A stretch of DNA of 52,562 bases from Spirochaetia bacterium (GTDB lineage: Bacteria; Spirochaetota; Spirochaetia; Treponematales; Treponemataceae), in assembly GCA_022768685.1 (NCBI GenBank), contig JALEPQ010000057.1, forward strand, positions 1 through 52,562, given 5' to 3'. Shown here in pieces: positions 19,312-29,622 of this stretch. The notes under the pieces are model-generated. The model ran no database searches. It saw nothing but the letters and a program-made list of their open reading frames with translations, and had not been told where the DNA came from. Every line of letters begins with the position of its first letter. Position 1 is the stretch's first letter. The position numbers were made by a program, and so were the translations under genes.

Positions 19312-21138
19312 TTAATTTCTTAAAAACACATGCTCAAGAACAGCACCATTTAAATTATCATAGTAAACATTCGATAAATCCCACTTATTTGATATGGCAA
19401 GAAAACTTCTGGAACGCATTAAATAAATTACAGGACATTGTTCAAGAAAGATTTTTTGATATTCATCCCATATTTTTTTAGCAGCAGCCTCATCCAAAGT
19501 ATATTTACCTTCGTTATAAAGATAGTCTACTCTTTCTTCCCATTCTGTTGCAGGTTTTTCTTGAAGAGGATACCACAAATGCAGATTACCAGTTGAAGGC
19601 CACACATTAGAGCCCTGTGTAGGAAAAAGATTGGCCCCTAAAGCAATAAAAACAGACTGCCAGTCATAAGTTGAAGTAATCATTTCAACAATTTTCTGAA
19701 AATCAGTTTGCCGGATTGTTATTGTTATACCTATTTTAGAAGCTTCATCTACAAGAATCTGTGCTATATCATTATAAACAGTTGTACTGGAAGGAATGGT
19801 AAGATCAAATTCCACTTTACGATTTTTATCATCATAAAAATATCCATCTTCTTTCCGAATAAAACCTGCTTTTTTTAATAAACTTTCAGCCCTATCAAGA
19901 TTATATTTGTACTCAAGACTAATATCCGGATTATAATAAGGATTCACTTCCGGGAAAAAGTCATATTTTGGAGATGCAAGACCTCTATAAGTCTGAGAGA
20001 TAATTCTGTCTCTATTCAGCACACAACTCATTGCCTGTCGAAATTCCTTTTTGGTAAACCAATAATAGAAACCAGAGTCCTTATTCACAGGATTCTGATT
20101 AAAACTCCACATGGAAGCACCCATAGAACCTTCAGCATTATAAACAGAATAGCCATTCTTCTGATTGTAAACCAGTTCATTTACATCTTCAGGTCTTGGC
20201 GTATAAACTTCTGTTTTCCCCTGATTAAAAAGAAGAAAATCTGTATTCTGATCCCCTACAATTTGAAAAATCTTTTTTGTATAATAGGGAACAGAAAGAC
20301 CGTTTTCATCCTTTTCCCAATAATAAGGATTTTTTGTAAGAACTATGCGTCTGGCAGGAATATATTCTGTTATATAGAACATTCCACAAGAAGGAATTGT
20401 CTTTGGATCACAATCAACAGAAAATAAATTTTTTATTCCCTCTACTCCGTCTTTTTCTTTTGCAGGCCTGTAAACAAATGAAGGACAACAGTTCATATTT
20501 GTAGTTAAAAGTGGATCTGCAATAATTCTTGGAAATACAAAGTCAAAATGTTTATCATCTATTTTCACAAAATCTATATGAGCTGTAGTTCCATCCGCTT
20601 TTACCATAAACTGAGAAGGATATCCTCCAGAATGACATTCAGGGTCACCTTCAATTTCATCATACCAGAATCCAAAATCATCTGAGGTAACAGGAATAAG
20701 GTCTTCTTTACCATAGTAGGACCAGAAGGCATCATCTCTAATTGTAAAGTGGACTGTAAGTATATCCCTTTCCACATCAGTTTCAATTTCATAATCTGCC
20801 ATACGGCCTTTCCACTGACGCTCCACAGGATCATAATCCAAAAGATAATCAACAGTATTATTTATAAGATCACTGCTGGCACCATCTCGTTCTGCAATCA
20901 ATTGATTAAAAGTTTTAGGATCTGAAAGAATAGTATCATTCCATACACCACCAGCCAGACCGTTTTCATATTTTTGATTTTTATATGGACGTGAAATAGT
21001 ATTTTCTATCAATTGTGAATCAAGATTTTTTATCAGTTCATCAATTTGTTCTAAGGTTAAATCTTCCTGTTTATGACATGAAATAAACATTAAGGAAAGA
21101 AGACTTAAACAAAATATCTTTTTATTTTTTTTTCTCAA
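19312..21138 (-). CDS. Peptide ABC substrate-binding lipoprotein (OppA/SBP family 5)
   Basis: Motifs DPKTFN and KEFRQAM..NR, lipobox FISC. The TTG at 21138 (after GGGTGGGG) is preferred over the ORF-track start at 21180. Confidence 0.85.
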   Translation of the reverse strand: MRKKNKKIFCLSLLSLMFISCHKQEDLTLEQIDELIKNLDSQLIENTISRPYKNQKYENGLAGGVWNDTILSDPKTFNQLIAERDGASSDLINNTVDYLLDYDPVERQWKGRMADYEIETDVERDILTVHFTIRDDAFWSYYGKEDLIPVTSDDFGFWYDEIEGDPECHSGGYPSQFMVKADGTTAHIDFVKIDDKHFDFVFPRIIADPLLTTNMNCCPSFVYRPAKEKDGVEGIKNLFSVDCDPKTIPSCGMFYITEYIPARRIVLTKNPYYWEKDENGLSVPYYTKKIFQIVGDQNTDFLLFNQGKTEVYTPRPEDVNELVYNQKNGYSVYNAEGSMGASMWSFNQNPVNKDSGFYYWFTKKEFRQAMSCVLNRDRIISQTYRGLASPKYDFFPEVNPYYNPDISLEYKYNLDRAESLLKKAGFIRKEDGYFYDDKNRKVEFDLTIPSSTTVYNDIAQILVDEASKIGITITIRQTDFQKIVEMITSTYDWQSVFIALGANLFPTQGSNVWPSTGNLHLWYPLQEKPATEWEERVDYLYNEGKYTLDEAAAKKIWDEYQKIFLEQCPVIYLMRSRSFLAISNKWDLSNVYYDNLNGAVLEHVFLRN

Positions 21139-21160
21139 AATATCCCCACCCAAAAGAAAG

Positions 21161-21778
21161 CTACTGCGTCTGCAAAACAATTTTTTTTGCTTCTTTAATC
21201 ATTTTATAACTAAATCCTGAATTTAGTAATGATTGAATAAGTTTTTCATCAGATTTTCCATTTTTACAAAACTTCTGGTAAGCTTTACAACAAAAATCTA
21301 ATTCATCATTTTCTTCAAAAAAATCATCTACAGCAGCACATGCTACTTCTTTAGAAATCCCTCTACTCATTAATTCTGAAATCAGCTTTGAAGATCCTTC
21401 ATAATGATTGATTTTTCTTCCATTAAGCCATGCTCTTGAAAAGCGTGCATCACTAAGGTAATTTACACTTTCCAAATAAGAAAGGGCACAATCAGCATAT
21501 TTTTTTTCATAACCCTTTTGAATCAGTTTCTGCAGCAGTTTAAAACGGCATTGTTCTGCTCGTGCAAGATATTGAACAGCCTTAAATTCCACTGCAGCAC
21601 ACAATCCGCTGTCAAGCAATTCATCTTCAGTTTCACCAGTGAATTCTGTACCAGGTTCAATAAACTCAATTTTAATTGAAGAAAGATAAAAATTTCTGGT
21701 ATAAAAAGCAGAACCTTCTTCAGGTTGAATCTTGTACATTCCCTTGTATGATACAGGAACTATAGACTTAATTACCAT
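21161..21778 (-). CDS. recX: Recombination regulator RecX
   Basis: Motifs YLARAEQ..KL..KG, YLSDARF and ELMSRGIS. Start moved to the ATG at 21778 because the longer ORF runs through rpsI and its terminator. Confidence 0.8.
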   Translation of the reverse strand: MVIKSIVPVSYKGMYKIQPEEGSAFYTRNFYLSSIKIEFIEPGTEFTGETEDELLDSGLCAAVEFKAVQYLARAEQCRFKLLQKLIQKGYEKKYADCALSYLESVNYLSDARFSRAWLNGRKINHYEGSSKLISELMSRGISKEVACAAVDDFFEENDELDFCCKAYQKFCKNGKSDEKLIQSLLNSGFSYKMIKEAKKIVLQTQ

Positions 21779-21816
21779 AAAAATAAGTATAACATATGAA
21801 AAGATTATTAAAACAG

Positions 21817-21847
21817 AAAAAAAAAGCAGTCTCCATAAGGAAACTGC
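21817..21847 (-). terminator. Intrinsic terminator after rpsI
   Basis: GCAGTCTCC-ATAA-GGAAACTGC hairpin with a U-tract on the minus strand. Confidence 0.75.
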
Positions 21848-21869
21848 CTTTGCAAAGTTCTGTATAAAA

Positions 21870-22262
21870 CTAACGTTTAGAGAACTGGAAGCGTCTACGA
21901 GCACCTTTCTGACCGTACTTCTTACGTTCAACCATACGTGAATCACGAGTAAGGTATCCGTTTGCTTTAAGAGCTGTACGAGCATCTGGATCAATCTGAA
22001 CTAATGCACGAGAAATACCGTGTAAACAAGCAGCAGCCTGTCCGTTCAATCCACCACCCTGAACAGTAATAAGAATATCGTATTTGCTACCCATTGAAGT
22101 AACTGCTAAAGGCTGATTTACAACCTGAACCTGTTCTTCAGTAGCAAAGTAATCTTTTACATCTTTTCCGTTTACTACAACTTTTCCTGAACCATCGCGA
22201 ACAAAAACGCGAGCTACAGCTGTCTTTCTTCTACCTGTACCAATAGCAATATTTTTTACCAT
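21870..22262 (-). CDS. rpsI: 30S ribosomal protein S9
   Basis: Motifs GRRKTAVARV and LTRDSRMVERKK...QFSKR. Confidence 0.99.
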   Translation of the reverse strand: MVKNIAIGTGRRKTAVARVFVRDGSGKVVVNGKDVKDYFATEEQVQVVNQPLAVTSMGSKYDILITVQGGGLNGQAAACLHGISRALVQIDPDARTALKANGYLTRDSRMVERKKYGQKGARRRFQFSKR

Positions 22263-22276
22263 CGTCTAACTCCTAA

Positions 22277-22705
22277 TTAAAGTTCAATTGGCTGTGGATT
22301 CTGAGCAGCATGTGGATGTTCAGCACCAGCATAAATCTTAACATTGTCTAACATCTTACGACCAAGACGTCCATGTGGAAGCATACCTGCAACAGCAAGC
22401 TGCATTGGCTGTGTTGGATGTTTTTCAAGAAGTTTTTCATAAGTGTGAGCACGAAGTCCACCTACAAAACCTGTGTGATGATAGTAAACCTTCTTTTTTT
22501 CTTTTCCACCAGTAACAAGAGCTTTTTCAGCATTGATGATTACTACAAAATCACCCATTAACTGGTTTTTTGTGTAAGAAGATTTGTTCTTACCACGAGC
22601 GATGTATGCAGCTTTAGCAGCTACACGTCCCATTGGTTTTCCGGCTGCATCAATAACATACCATTTGCGAGCCTGTTCGTATTCTTTAACGAAAATTGTT
22701 TCCAT
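22277..22705 (-). CDS. rplM: 50S ribosomal protein L13
   Basis: Motifs WYVIDA, GDFVVIINAEK and GMLP...HPHAAQ. Confidence 0.99.
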   Translation of the reverse strand: METIFVKEYEQARKWYVIDAAGKPMGRVAAKAAYIARGKNKSSYTKNQLMGDFVVIINAEKALVTGGKEKKKVYYHHTGFVGGLRAHTYEKLLEKHPTQPMQLAVAGMLPHGRLGRKMLDNVKIYAGAEHPHAAQNPQPIEL

Positions 22706-22817
22706 GATAATACCTTAAAATTAAGAAATTTATCTTGCACTTCAAGAATCCTTGCATCTGATTCTAAAATGCTATGAATTTCAGATGAGCAGTCCAAAAT
22801 CCATTAACGGGTACGAT

Positions 22818-22847
22818 AATATACTCTATTTGCAGTCTGTGTGTCAA
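22818..22847 (-). promoter_or_regulatory. Sigma70-type promoter of rplM-rpsI
   Basis: TTGACA(22842-22847)-18-TATATT(22818-22823), leaving a ~105-nt leader. Confidence 0.6.
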
Positions 22848-22892
22848 TACAAACTTATTTTAAAATTACAATGCGCCAGTCCCCCTGCCAAC

Positions 22893-22993
22893 TCGCATTT
22901 CATAGCTCCCTGACGGTCGGTGCTCTACGCAGCAAAGCTGCTATCCAGTTTTTTCAAAACTGGCGCACTTGCTGACGCAACTATTCAATTCTC
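22893..22993. repeat. Structured intergenic element, family TCGCATTTC...TCAATTCTC (copy 1)
   Basis: Shares 9-nt ends and covarying stems with 34750-34832. Contains several internal mini-hairpins. Confidence 0.7.
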
Positions 22994-23028
22994 GGGCGTT
23001 ATGCCCCTTTATATTTTATAGTTCTTTC

Positions 23029-23268
23029 CTATTTGTTTTCCTTAGATTCTGTATCTTTAGAGGCAGCATCTTCTTTTTTTGCTTCTGCTTTATCTTTTAA
23101 ATCAGCAACACCAATCAATACACATATTAAACCAATAAATGCAGCTAAAACCGGTGCAAAACCTTTTAAGAAAGCAATTACTTCTGGACCCCATGCAAGA
23201 GGACAAACTGGCAATACAGCAAATACAGTAAAAGCAATGAAAACAATACCCAGAATAATAGAAACCAT
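23029..23268 (-). CDS. Small two-TM hypothetical membrane protein
   Basis: SD GAGG, two hydrophobic helices and a charged tail. Confidence 0.75.
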   Translation of the reverse strand: MVSIILGIVFIAFTVFAVLPVCPLAWGPEVIAFLKGFAPVLAAFIGLICVLIGVADLKDKAEAKKEDAASKDTESKENK

Positions 23269-23509
23269 ATAAACCTCGTTTTTTTCTATTTATTATATGT
23301 TTAAAGTATAACATAAAAGCCACTTGTTTATATACAATTTTTCTGATTTTAACTGAAAAAAAATGAAATAAAAAAATTACTATTTTATAATTGTTTTATA
23401 TTGACTAAAAAGCGGATATACAGCATTTTTATGTTTACTATAAAAAAAATGCTTTTTGTCCACTTTCCGCATGGAAGGTGATTTTTTTTCTACACAGAGG
23501 TTGCTTGAT

Positions 23510-24697
23510 ATGAAAGGTAGTCAGGTTACCATTGATCATGTATCCAAAAGATTCGGCGACTTTGTTGCCCTGGATGACGTCAATTTTGTTATTAAACCAG
23601 GTGAGTTCTTTTCTCTACTTGGTCCTTCGGGATGCGGTAAAACAACATTATTACGCATCATAGCAGGTTTTGAATTTCCAGATGATGGTGTAGTACTTTT
23701 TGATGATAAAAATGTAGTCCCATTACCTCCAAATAAGAGACATTCAAACACAGTTTTTCAAACATACGCATTATTTCCTCATTTATCAGTTTACGATAAT
23801 ATTGCGTTTCCTTTGAAACTTAAAAAAACTCCAAAAGATGAAATTGACAGAAAGGTAAAAGAATATGTTCACCTGGTTCAATTGGATGAACATATTTATA
23901 AAAAGCCAAATCAGCTTTCCGGCGGTCAAAAACAGCGTGTTGCTATTGCCCGGGCCCTTATTAATGAACCTAAAGTTCTACTGTTAGATGAACCACTTTC
24001 TGCTCTTGATGCAAAACTACGTTCCAGCCTTTTAGTAGATTTAGATAATCTTCATGACAAAATCGGAATTACATTTATTTATGTAACTCACGATCAGAGT
24101 GAAGCCCTTGCTGTTTCTGACAGAATTGCTGTTATGAACAAAGGTCATGTTTTACAGGTTGGTACTCCATACGAAATTTATGAAAGTCCAGCTACACAGT
24201 TCGTTGCTCAGTTTATTGGTGAAACAAACCTTTTTGAATCTACTGTAGTAAAATGTGAAGCATTCCAGGGTAAGACAGGAACTGAGTACAATGTTACTTT
24301 AAATACACCTGCACTTGGTATTCAGACTCCTCTTCCTGGAGATACACAGCAGACTAAAGAACAAGATAAAAATATTCTCGTTACAGATTATGAACATACT
24401 GATGAAGGACAGAAAGTTGCATTTACAATCCGTCCAGAAAAAATCCGTATTACAACAGAAATTCCAAACGTTAATGGAAGACAGGATATTAACGTATTCA
24501 AAGGAATCGTAGAAGAACCTGTATACACAGGTTTCCAGTCTAAATTCTATGTTCGTCTTGAAAATGGAACTATTGTAAAAGTATTTAAACAGCACACAAA
24601 CTACCTGGATGATGGTCCAGATATTGCATGGAAAGATACTGTTTACATTTCATGGTCATCAGAAGACGGCTATATTGTTGAAGATATTCATAAGTAA
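23510..24697 (+). CDS. potA: Spermidine/putrescine ABC ATP-binding protein
   Basis: GPSGCGKT, LSGGQKQR, DEPLSALD and a TOBE-like tail. The ATG at 23510 has SD AGAGG. Confidence 0.9.
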   Translation: MKGSQVTIDHVSKRFGDFVALDDVNFVIKPGEFFSLLGPSGCGKTTLLRIIAGFEFPDDGVVLFDDKNVVPLPPNKRHSNTVFQTYALFPHLSVYDNIAFPLKLKKTPKDEIDRKVKEYVHLVQLDEHIYKKPNQLSGGQKQRVAIARALINEPKVLLLDEPLSALDAKLRSSLLVDLDNLHDKIGITFIYVTHDQSEALAVSDRIAVMNKGHVLQVGTPYEIYESPATQFVAQFIGETNLFESTVVKCEAFQGKTGTEYNVTLNTPALGIQTPLPGDTQQTKEQDKNILVTDYEHTDEGQKVAFTIRPEKIRITTEIPNVNGRQDINVFKGIVEEPVYTGFQSKFYVRLENGTIVKVFKQHTNYLDDGPDIAWKDTVYISWSSEDGYIVEDIHK

Positions 24698-24749
24698 TGT
24701 TTAAACTGGCCGTCCGCTTACACATTATATAATTTATAACGAGGCTACC

Positions 24750-25730
24750 TTGAAAAAAAATACAAATGAAAGTGCTCAGCTAAAAATAGCCAGAGAAGCA
24801 CATAATGCAAAATATAAAAAACCAAACCCAGGTCCTGCTTATTCATGGCCTATGGGACTCTGGTTTTCAGTTTTTTTCATTATTCCAATAGTAATCATCA
24901 TTTGCTATTCATTTATGAAACGTGATGTATACGGTGGAGTAATTCACGAATTTACATTAAAGGCATATCAGCAGGTATTTTCTGCTGCTTATGGGAAAAT
25001 TTTTGTAAGAACACTGTGGATTACACTTGTTTCTACTCTCATTACTCTGATTATATCCCTTCCATGTGGATATGCCATGGCAAGAAGTAAACATCAGACA
25101 CTGTTTCTTATTCTGGTTGTAATTCCTTTCCTTACAAACTCTTTAATAAGAATCTTTGCATGGATAACTATTCTTGGGGATAATGGTATTTTAAATAATA
25201 TAGGTCAGTTTTTCTTTAATCTCTGGCACAAAATAGGATTAGGAAACCCTGAAGCCCAGTATAAACCTGCAAAATTCATGTTTACTCAGGGTGCTGTTAT
25301 TCTTGTAAATATTTATATGTATCTTCCTTATGCAATTCTTCCTATTTTTACAGCTGTAGATCGTTTTGATTTCAGTTTAATAGAAGCTGCACGAGACTTA
25401 GGAGCTAACAAACCAACAGCTACATTGAAAATTCTTTTGCCAGGAATTAAAAGCGGTATTATTTCTGCGTTGATTTTTACTTTTATTCCAATTTTTGGTA
25501 CTTATACAGTTCCACAGTTAGTTGGTGGAAAAGACAGCTATATGATTGGAAATATTATTGTTGACCAGGTTCAGAAAGTTCGTAACTGGCCTCTTGCATC
25601 TGCTTTCAGTGTAATTCTTACTCTTGTTAGTATGCTGGCTATTATGTGGATGCTTACATCTAATAAAAAAGATGCAGAAATGAAAAAAATCTCTACAAAA
25701 GAAGATGATTCCACAGGAGGTACAAAGTAA
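24750..25730 (+). CDS. potB: Spermidine/putrescine ABC permease
   Basis: EAARDLGA motif and operon context. Confidence 0.88.
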   Translation: MKKNTNESAQLKIAREAHNAKYKKPNPGPAYSWPMGLWFSVFFIIPIVIIICYSFMKRDVYGGVIHEFTLKAYQQVFSAAYGKIFVRTLWITLVSTLITLIISLPCGYAMARSKHQTLFLILVVIPFLTNSLIRIFAWITILGDNGILNNIGQFFFNLWHKIGLGNPEAQYKPAKFMFTQGAVILVNIYMYLPYAILPIFTAVDRFDFSLIEAARDLGANKPTATLKILLPGIKSGIISALIFTFIPIFGTYTVPQLVGGKDSYMIGNIIVDQVQKVRNWPLASAFSVILTLVSMLAIMWMLTSNKKDAEMKKISTKEDDSTGGTK

Positions 25731-26605
25731 TGAACTTTATGAAGACAAATCCTTACAAGATTTTTTCACCTCTAAAAAAAGCTTCTGAAAATGCGCGCCA
25801 TGCAAAACGACAGTGGAAAAAACACAATAAAACGTTCCATTTTTCAAATCTGGTGCTTTATTTAACAGTCGTATTTCTTTTCATTCCATTATTTGTTGTT
25901 ATTTTTTACTCTTTCAACAAATCAAAAGATACAAACTTTACAGGAATTTCTTTTGTATGGTATGAAAAATTGATTTTTGAATCTCAGCCTCTATGGAGAG
26001 CTTTGCTGAATACAATTATTGTAGCTATTACTTCTGCTTTAGTTGCCACAATTTTAGGAACTTTAGCAGCAATTGGAAACAGCTGGTATAAATTTAAAGG
26101 TAAAACTTATATTCAGACAATCAGCTTTTTACCTATGGTACTTCCAGAAGTTATTATGGGAACCTCAATGCTTATTTTCTTCAGCGGAGTAAAACTTTCT
26201 CTAGGATTATTCACTATTTTTATTGCACATACAACATTCTGTCTTCCTTTTGTTTACCTTATGGTAAGTGCACGAGTAGACTCTTTTGATTATTCAATAA
26301 TTGAAGCAAGTCATGACTTAGGCGCAACTGAAGTTCAGACACTTTTTAAAGTTATAATTCCGGCTATTATGCCTGGTATTTTATCTGGCTTCATGATGAG
26401 TGTAACAATGTCTATGGAAGACTATGTAATCACCTCTTTAGTAAGTGGTCCTGGAAGTACAACTCTACCACTCTATGTCTACTCAATGATTAGATTTGGA
26501 GTTAGTCCAGTAATTAATGCACTTTCGTTTGTATTAATTATGGTAATTGTAGTTCTTACAGTAATCTTGCGTAAAAGCTTAAAAACTTTTGCAGCTTCAA
26601 GATAG
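25730..26605 (+). CDS. potC: Spermidine/putrescine ABC permease
   Basis: Motifs EASHDLGA and TTLPLYVYSMIRFGVSPVINAL. Confidence 0.9.
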   Translation: MNFMKTNPYKIFSPLKKASENARHAKRQWKKHNKTFHFSNLVLYLTVVFLFIPLFVVIFYSFNKSKDTNFTGISFVWYEKLIFESQPLWRALLNTIIVAITSALVATILGTLAAIGNSWYKFKGKTYIQTISFLPMVLPEVIMGTSMLIFFSGVKLSLGLFTIFIAHTTFCLPFVYLMVSARVDSFDYSIIEASHDLGATEVQTLFKVIIPAIMPGILSGFMMSVTMSMEDYVITSLVSGPGSTTLPLYVYSMIRFGVSPVINALSFVLIMVIVVLTVILRKSLKTFAASR

Positions 26606-26704
26606 TCATTTTGCGTTGCAAAATACATTTCAGTTGGTGAAAAACTCACCTTCTACTCTTTTTTTTGGGAAAAGTTATGGAACTGTTCCTTTAGGAGATT
26701 TTTT

Positions 26705-27751
26705 ATGAAAAAAAGTTCCTTATTTATTATGGCTGCCCTTTTTGCAGCTGTTATGGGTCTTACATCATGTGGAGATGACGGCAAGACATTGTACATCTAC
26801 AACTGGACTTATTACACTCCAGAAAATTTAGTTCACAATTTTGAAACTGAATACGGTGTAAAAGTTAAGGTTGACTGTTATGCCTCTAACGAAGAAATGT
26901 ATTCAAAACTTCGTGCAGGTGCAAAAGGATATGATATTGTAGTACCTTCACAGGACTATGCTTCAATCATGATTGCACAGGGAATGGTAAGAGAATTAGA
27001 TCAGTCTAAAATGACAAACAAAAAATACATTAATCCTGGTATCTTTGAAAAAGCAACTTATGACTCTGAAATGAAATATGCTGCTCCATACTACTTAGGT
27101 GCAGCTGGAATTTCTGTAAATAAAACAAAAGTAAACTGGGATTATGAACGTTCATGGAACATTTTCTCTGATTCACGTTTTGCAGGTCATGCTACTATGA
27201 TGGATGACTTACGTGAAGTTTTTGCAGACGCTCTTGTAACTCTTAATTACGATTCAAATTCTGTAAATGAAAAGGAACTTGATGAAGCTGCTGAATTAAT
27301 TCAGAAATCATGGAAACCAAATCTTGTAAAATTTGATGCAGAAGGTTTTGGAAAACAGTTTGCAAGCGGAGATTTCTGGCTTTGTCAGGGATATGCCGAA
27401 GTTACTTATGGTGAAGTTCCAGAAGAAAAATGGGAAGATACAATTGATTTCTTTATTCCAGAAGAAGGTGGTCCAGCTTATTTAGACAGTATGATGATTT
27501 TAAAAGATTCAAAACATTATGATTTAGCTAATGAATTCATCAACTATATCTACAAACCAGAAAACTACGCAATGTTCCTGGACTTTTTCTGCTTCCCTGA
27601 TTACATTGTGCCAGAAGCAAGACAGTATATGCACACTACACCACACTACGAAGCTTCTGCTATGGACAAGTGTGTTCTTAAAATGGATATTGGTGCAGAT
27701 TTAGACAAATATAATTCTCGCTGGCAGGAAATTCGCTTTTCAGCAGACTAA
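26705..27751 (+). CDS. potD: Spermidine/putrescine-binding lipoprotein
   Basis: Lipobox LTSC, motifs YNWTYY, SNEEMYSKL and YDIVVPS. SD AGGAG. Confidence 0.9.
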   Translation: MKKSSLFIMAALFAAVMGLTSCGDDGKTLYIYNWTYYTPENLVHNFETEYGVKVKVDCYASNEEMYSKLRAGAKGYDIVVPSQDYASIMIAQGMVRELDQSKMTNKKYINPGIFEKATYDSEMKYAAPYYLGAAGISVNKTKVNWDYERSWNIFSDSRFAGHATMMDDLREVFADALVTLNYDSNSVNEKELDEAAELIQKSWKPNLVKFDAEGFGKQFASGDFWLCQGYAEVTYGEVPEEKWEDTIDFFIPEEGGPAYLDSMMILKDSKHYDLANEFINYIYKPENYAMFLDFFCFPDYIVPEARQYMHTTPHYEASAMDKCVLKMDIGADLDKYNSRWQEIRFSAD

Positions 27752-27944
27752 TTTAAACTGAACAACACAGAGGATGGAAGTAACATTCTGAAAACATCCA
27801 TCCTTTTCTAAAAAAAATCAACCCGTGTAACTACAATCACCTTTTGACAGAACACGTTAATTCACTTATTATAAGTGACATTACACACATAAAAAAAGTA
27901 TAAATATTATTCCCTACAAGGAATAACCTGAAAAAGTATTCGCC

Positions 27945-29606
27945 ATGGCACTAGATTTAGAATTAATTTTAAACAATATTACAAATCCAGTTTTTGTAGC
28001 AAAAACAATTCCTGATGAAAACGGAAAGATAACAGATTTTGAAGTAATTTATCAAAATAAAAAAATGCAGGAAACTACAGGACACATAATCCAGAATTCA
28101 AAAAAATGGTCCGAATTTAAAGACAGAATTCAGTACGAAATCCCCTGGTATAATATGATAATGAATTCCATGAATGGATTAACCTCACCAGAAACTGTTT
28201 TCTATTCGGGAATTATGAAATCCTGGTTTAAATTTCAAATTTCAGTTGTAAACAAAGATTTCATTGTAGTTACCCTTACCGATATTACCTCAGAACGTAA
28301 CTATTCACAGGCATTAAAGGCGTCTTTAATAACAGATCCTCTTACCGGACTTTTAAACCGTTCTGGTTTTTCTGAAGCTTTAGATGTGATTATGGAAGAC
28401 AGCCGGTATGCAAAAAAACATGCCGGAGTAGTAATTTTTGACATAGACAACATGAAGTCCATAAATGAATCTATGGGTGAAAAAGAAGGTGATAAAATCA
28501 TCATTGAAACTGCAGCAGTTTTAAAGGCATTCCAGCGGGAAAATATAAAAGTCTTCCGCTATGGAGATGATGAATTTTTAGTACTTCTTTCCGACATAGA
28601 TAATTTTGATACAATAACAAATATAGTTGATGCTATTTTTGAAGCTTTCATGTTAAAAAATATTCAGGTATCTGGTGGTATTTCAATCTATCCTGATAAC
28701 ACAGAACAAAAAGATGAACTTATAAGATTTGCGGACATGGCTCTGCACTATGCAAAGAAAAACGGCCGCAATAACTGTACTTATTTTGAACCTGAGATGC
28801 AGCGTGTATTTATTCAGCATCTTACATTAGAAAGTCGCCTTAATATTGCAATATCAGAAGGTAAGTTTCAGCAATATTATCAGCCTCAGTTTGATATTGA
28901 AACAGGCAAGTTACGAGGATTTGAAGCACTTTTAAGGTGGACTGATGAAGAACTTGGAGAAATATCTCCTTCAGTTTTTATTCCACTTGCTGAAGAAACT
29001 GGAATGATTATAACCATAGGAAAATGGGTTCTTGAAACAGCCATAAAAACACTTAAAAAATGGGAAACTAACTATAATTTTGATGGAGTTATGTCTGTAA
29101 ATGTTTCGCCTCTCCAGTTAAATCAGTCTAATTTCCTGTCTGATTTTCAAGCTCTTATTCAGGAATATGGTATAAATCCAGATTTACTTGAAGTAGAAAT
29201 TACAGAAGGAGTTATGATTCAGAATATGGATTCTGTAATTGATAAACTGAAAGATCTTAAAGAAATGGGCATAAGAGTTTCTCTTGATGATTTTGGAACA
29301 GGTTATTCATCTTTGAACTATCTGCAGGCCCTTCCTCTCAGTACTTTGAAAATTGATAAATCATTTATAAATAACATTACTTCTCAAGATGGAGTTCAGG
29401 CAAACATTACAAGTTCCATAATTTCTATGGTCAGTAAAATGGGACTGGAAACTATTGCAGAAGGAGTTGAAAACAAAGATCAGCTGGATTTATTAAAAAA
29501 ATTCAACTGTAATGTTGTTCAAGGTTTTTTACGGGGAAAACCTATGCCCTTTGAATTATGCGACCGTTATTTAAGTGGTGATGATTCTGCAATCATAAAA
29601 CTTTAA
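27945..29606 (+). CDS. Cytoplasmic GGDEF-EAL protein with a PAS-like N-terminus
   Basis: DPLTGL, altered GDDEF, and intact EAL, EITE, DDFGTGYS and EGVE. Confidence 0.9.
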   Translation: MALDLELILNNITNPVFVAKTIPDENGKITDFEVIYQNKKMQETTGHIIQNSKKWSEFKDRIQYEIPWYNMIMNSMNGLTSPETVFYSGIMKSWFKFQISVVNKDFIVVTLTDITSERNYSQALKASLITDPLTGLLNRSGFSEALDVIMEDSRYAKKHAGVVIFDIDNMKSINESMGEKEGDKIIIETAAVLKAFQRENIKVFRYGDDEFLVLLSDIDNFDTITNIVDAIFEAFMLKNIQVSGGISIYPDNTEQKDELIRFADMALHYAKKNGRNNCTYFEPEMQRVFIQHLTLESRLNIAISEGKFQQYYQPQFDIETGKLRGFEALLRWTDEELGEISPSVFIPLAEETGMIITIGKWVLETAIKTLKKWETNYNFDGVMSVNVSPLQLNQSNFLSDFQALIQEYGINPDLLEVEITEGVMIQNMDSVIDKLKDLKEMGIRVSLDDFGTGYSSLNYLQALPLSTLKIDKSFINNITSQDGVQANITSSIISMVSKMGLETIAEGVENKDQLDLLKKFNCNVVQGFLRGKPMPFELCDRYLSGDDSAIIKL

Positions 29607-29622
29607 TAAGCAGGGTAAAATA

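Noticed and set aside
21779-21994. N-terminal extension of RecX in the ORF track
   Set aside because: It overlaps rpsI and its terminator, so it is a chance open frame.
27830-27840. 11-mer ACTACAATCAC shared with 50431-50441
   Set aside because: Too short and the flanks do not extend, so it is compatible with chance in 52 kb.
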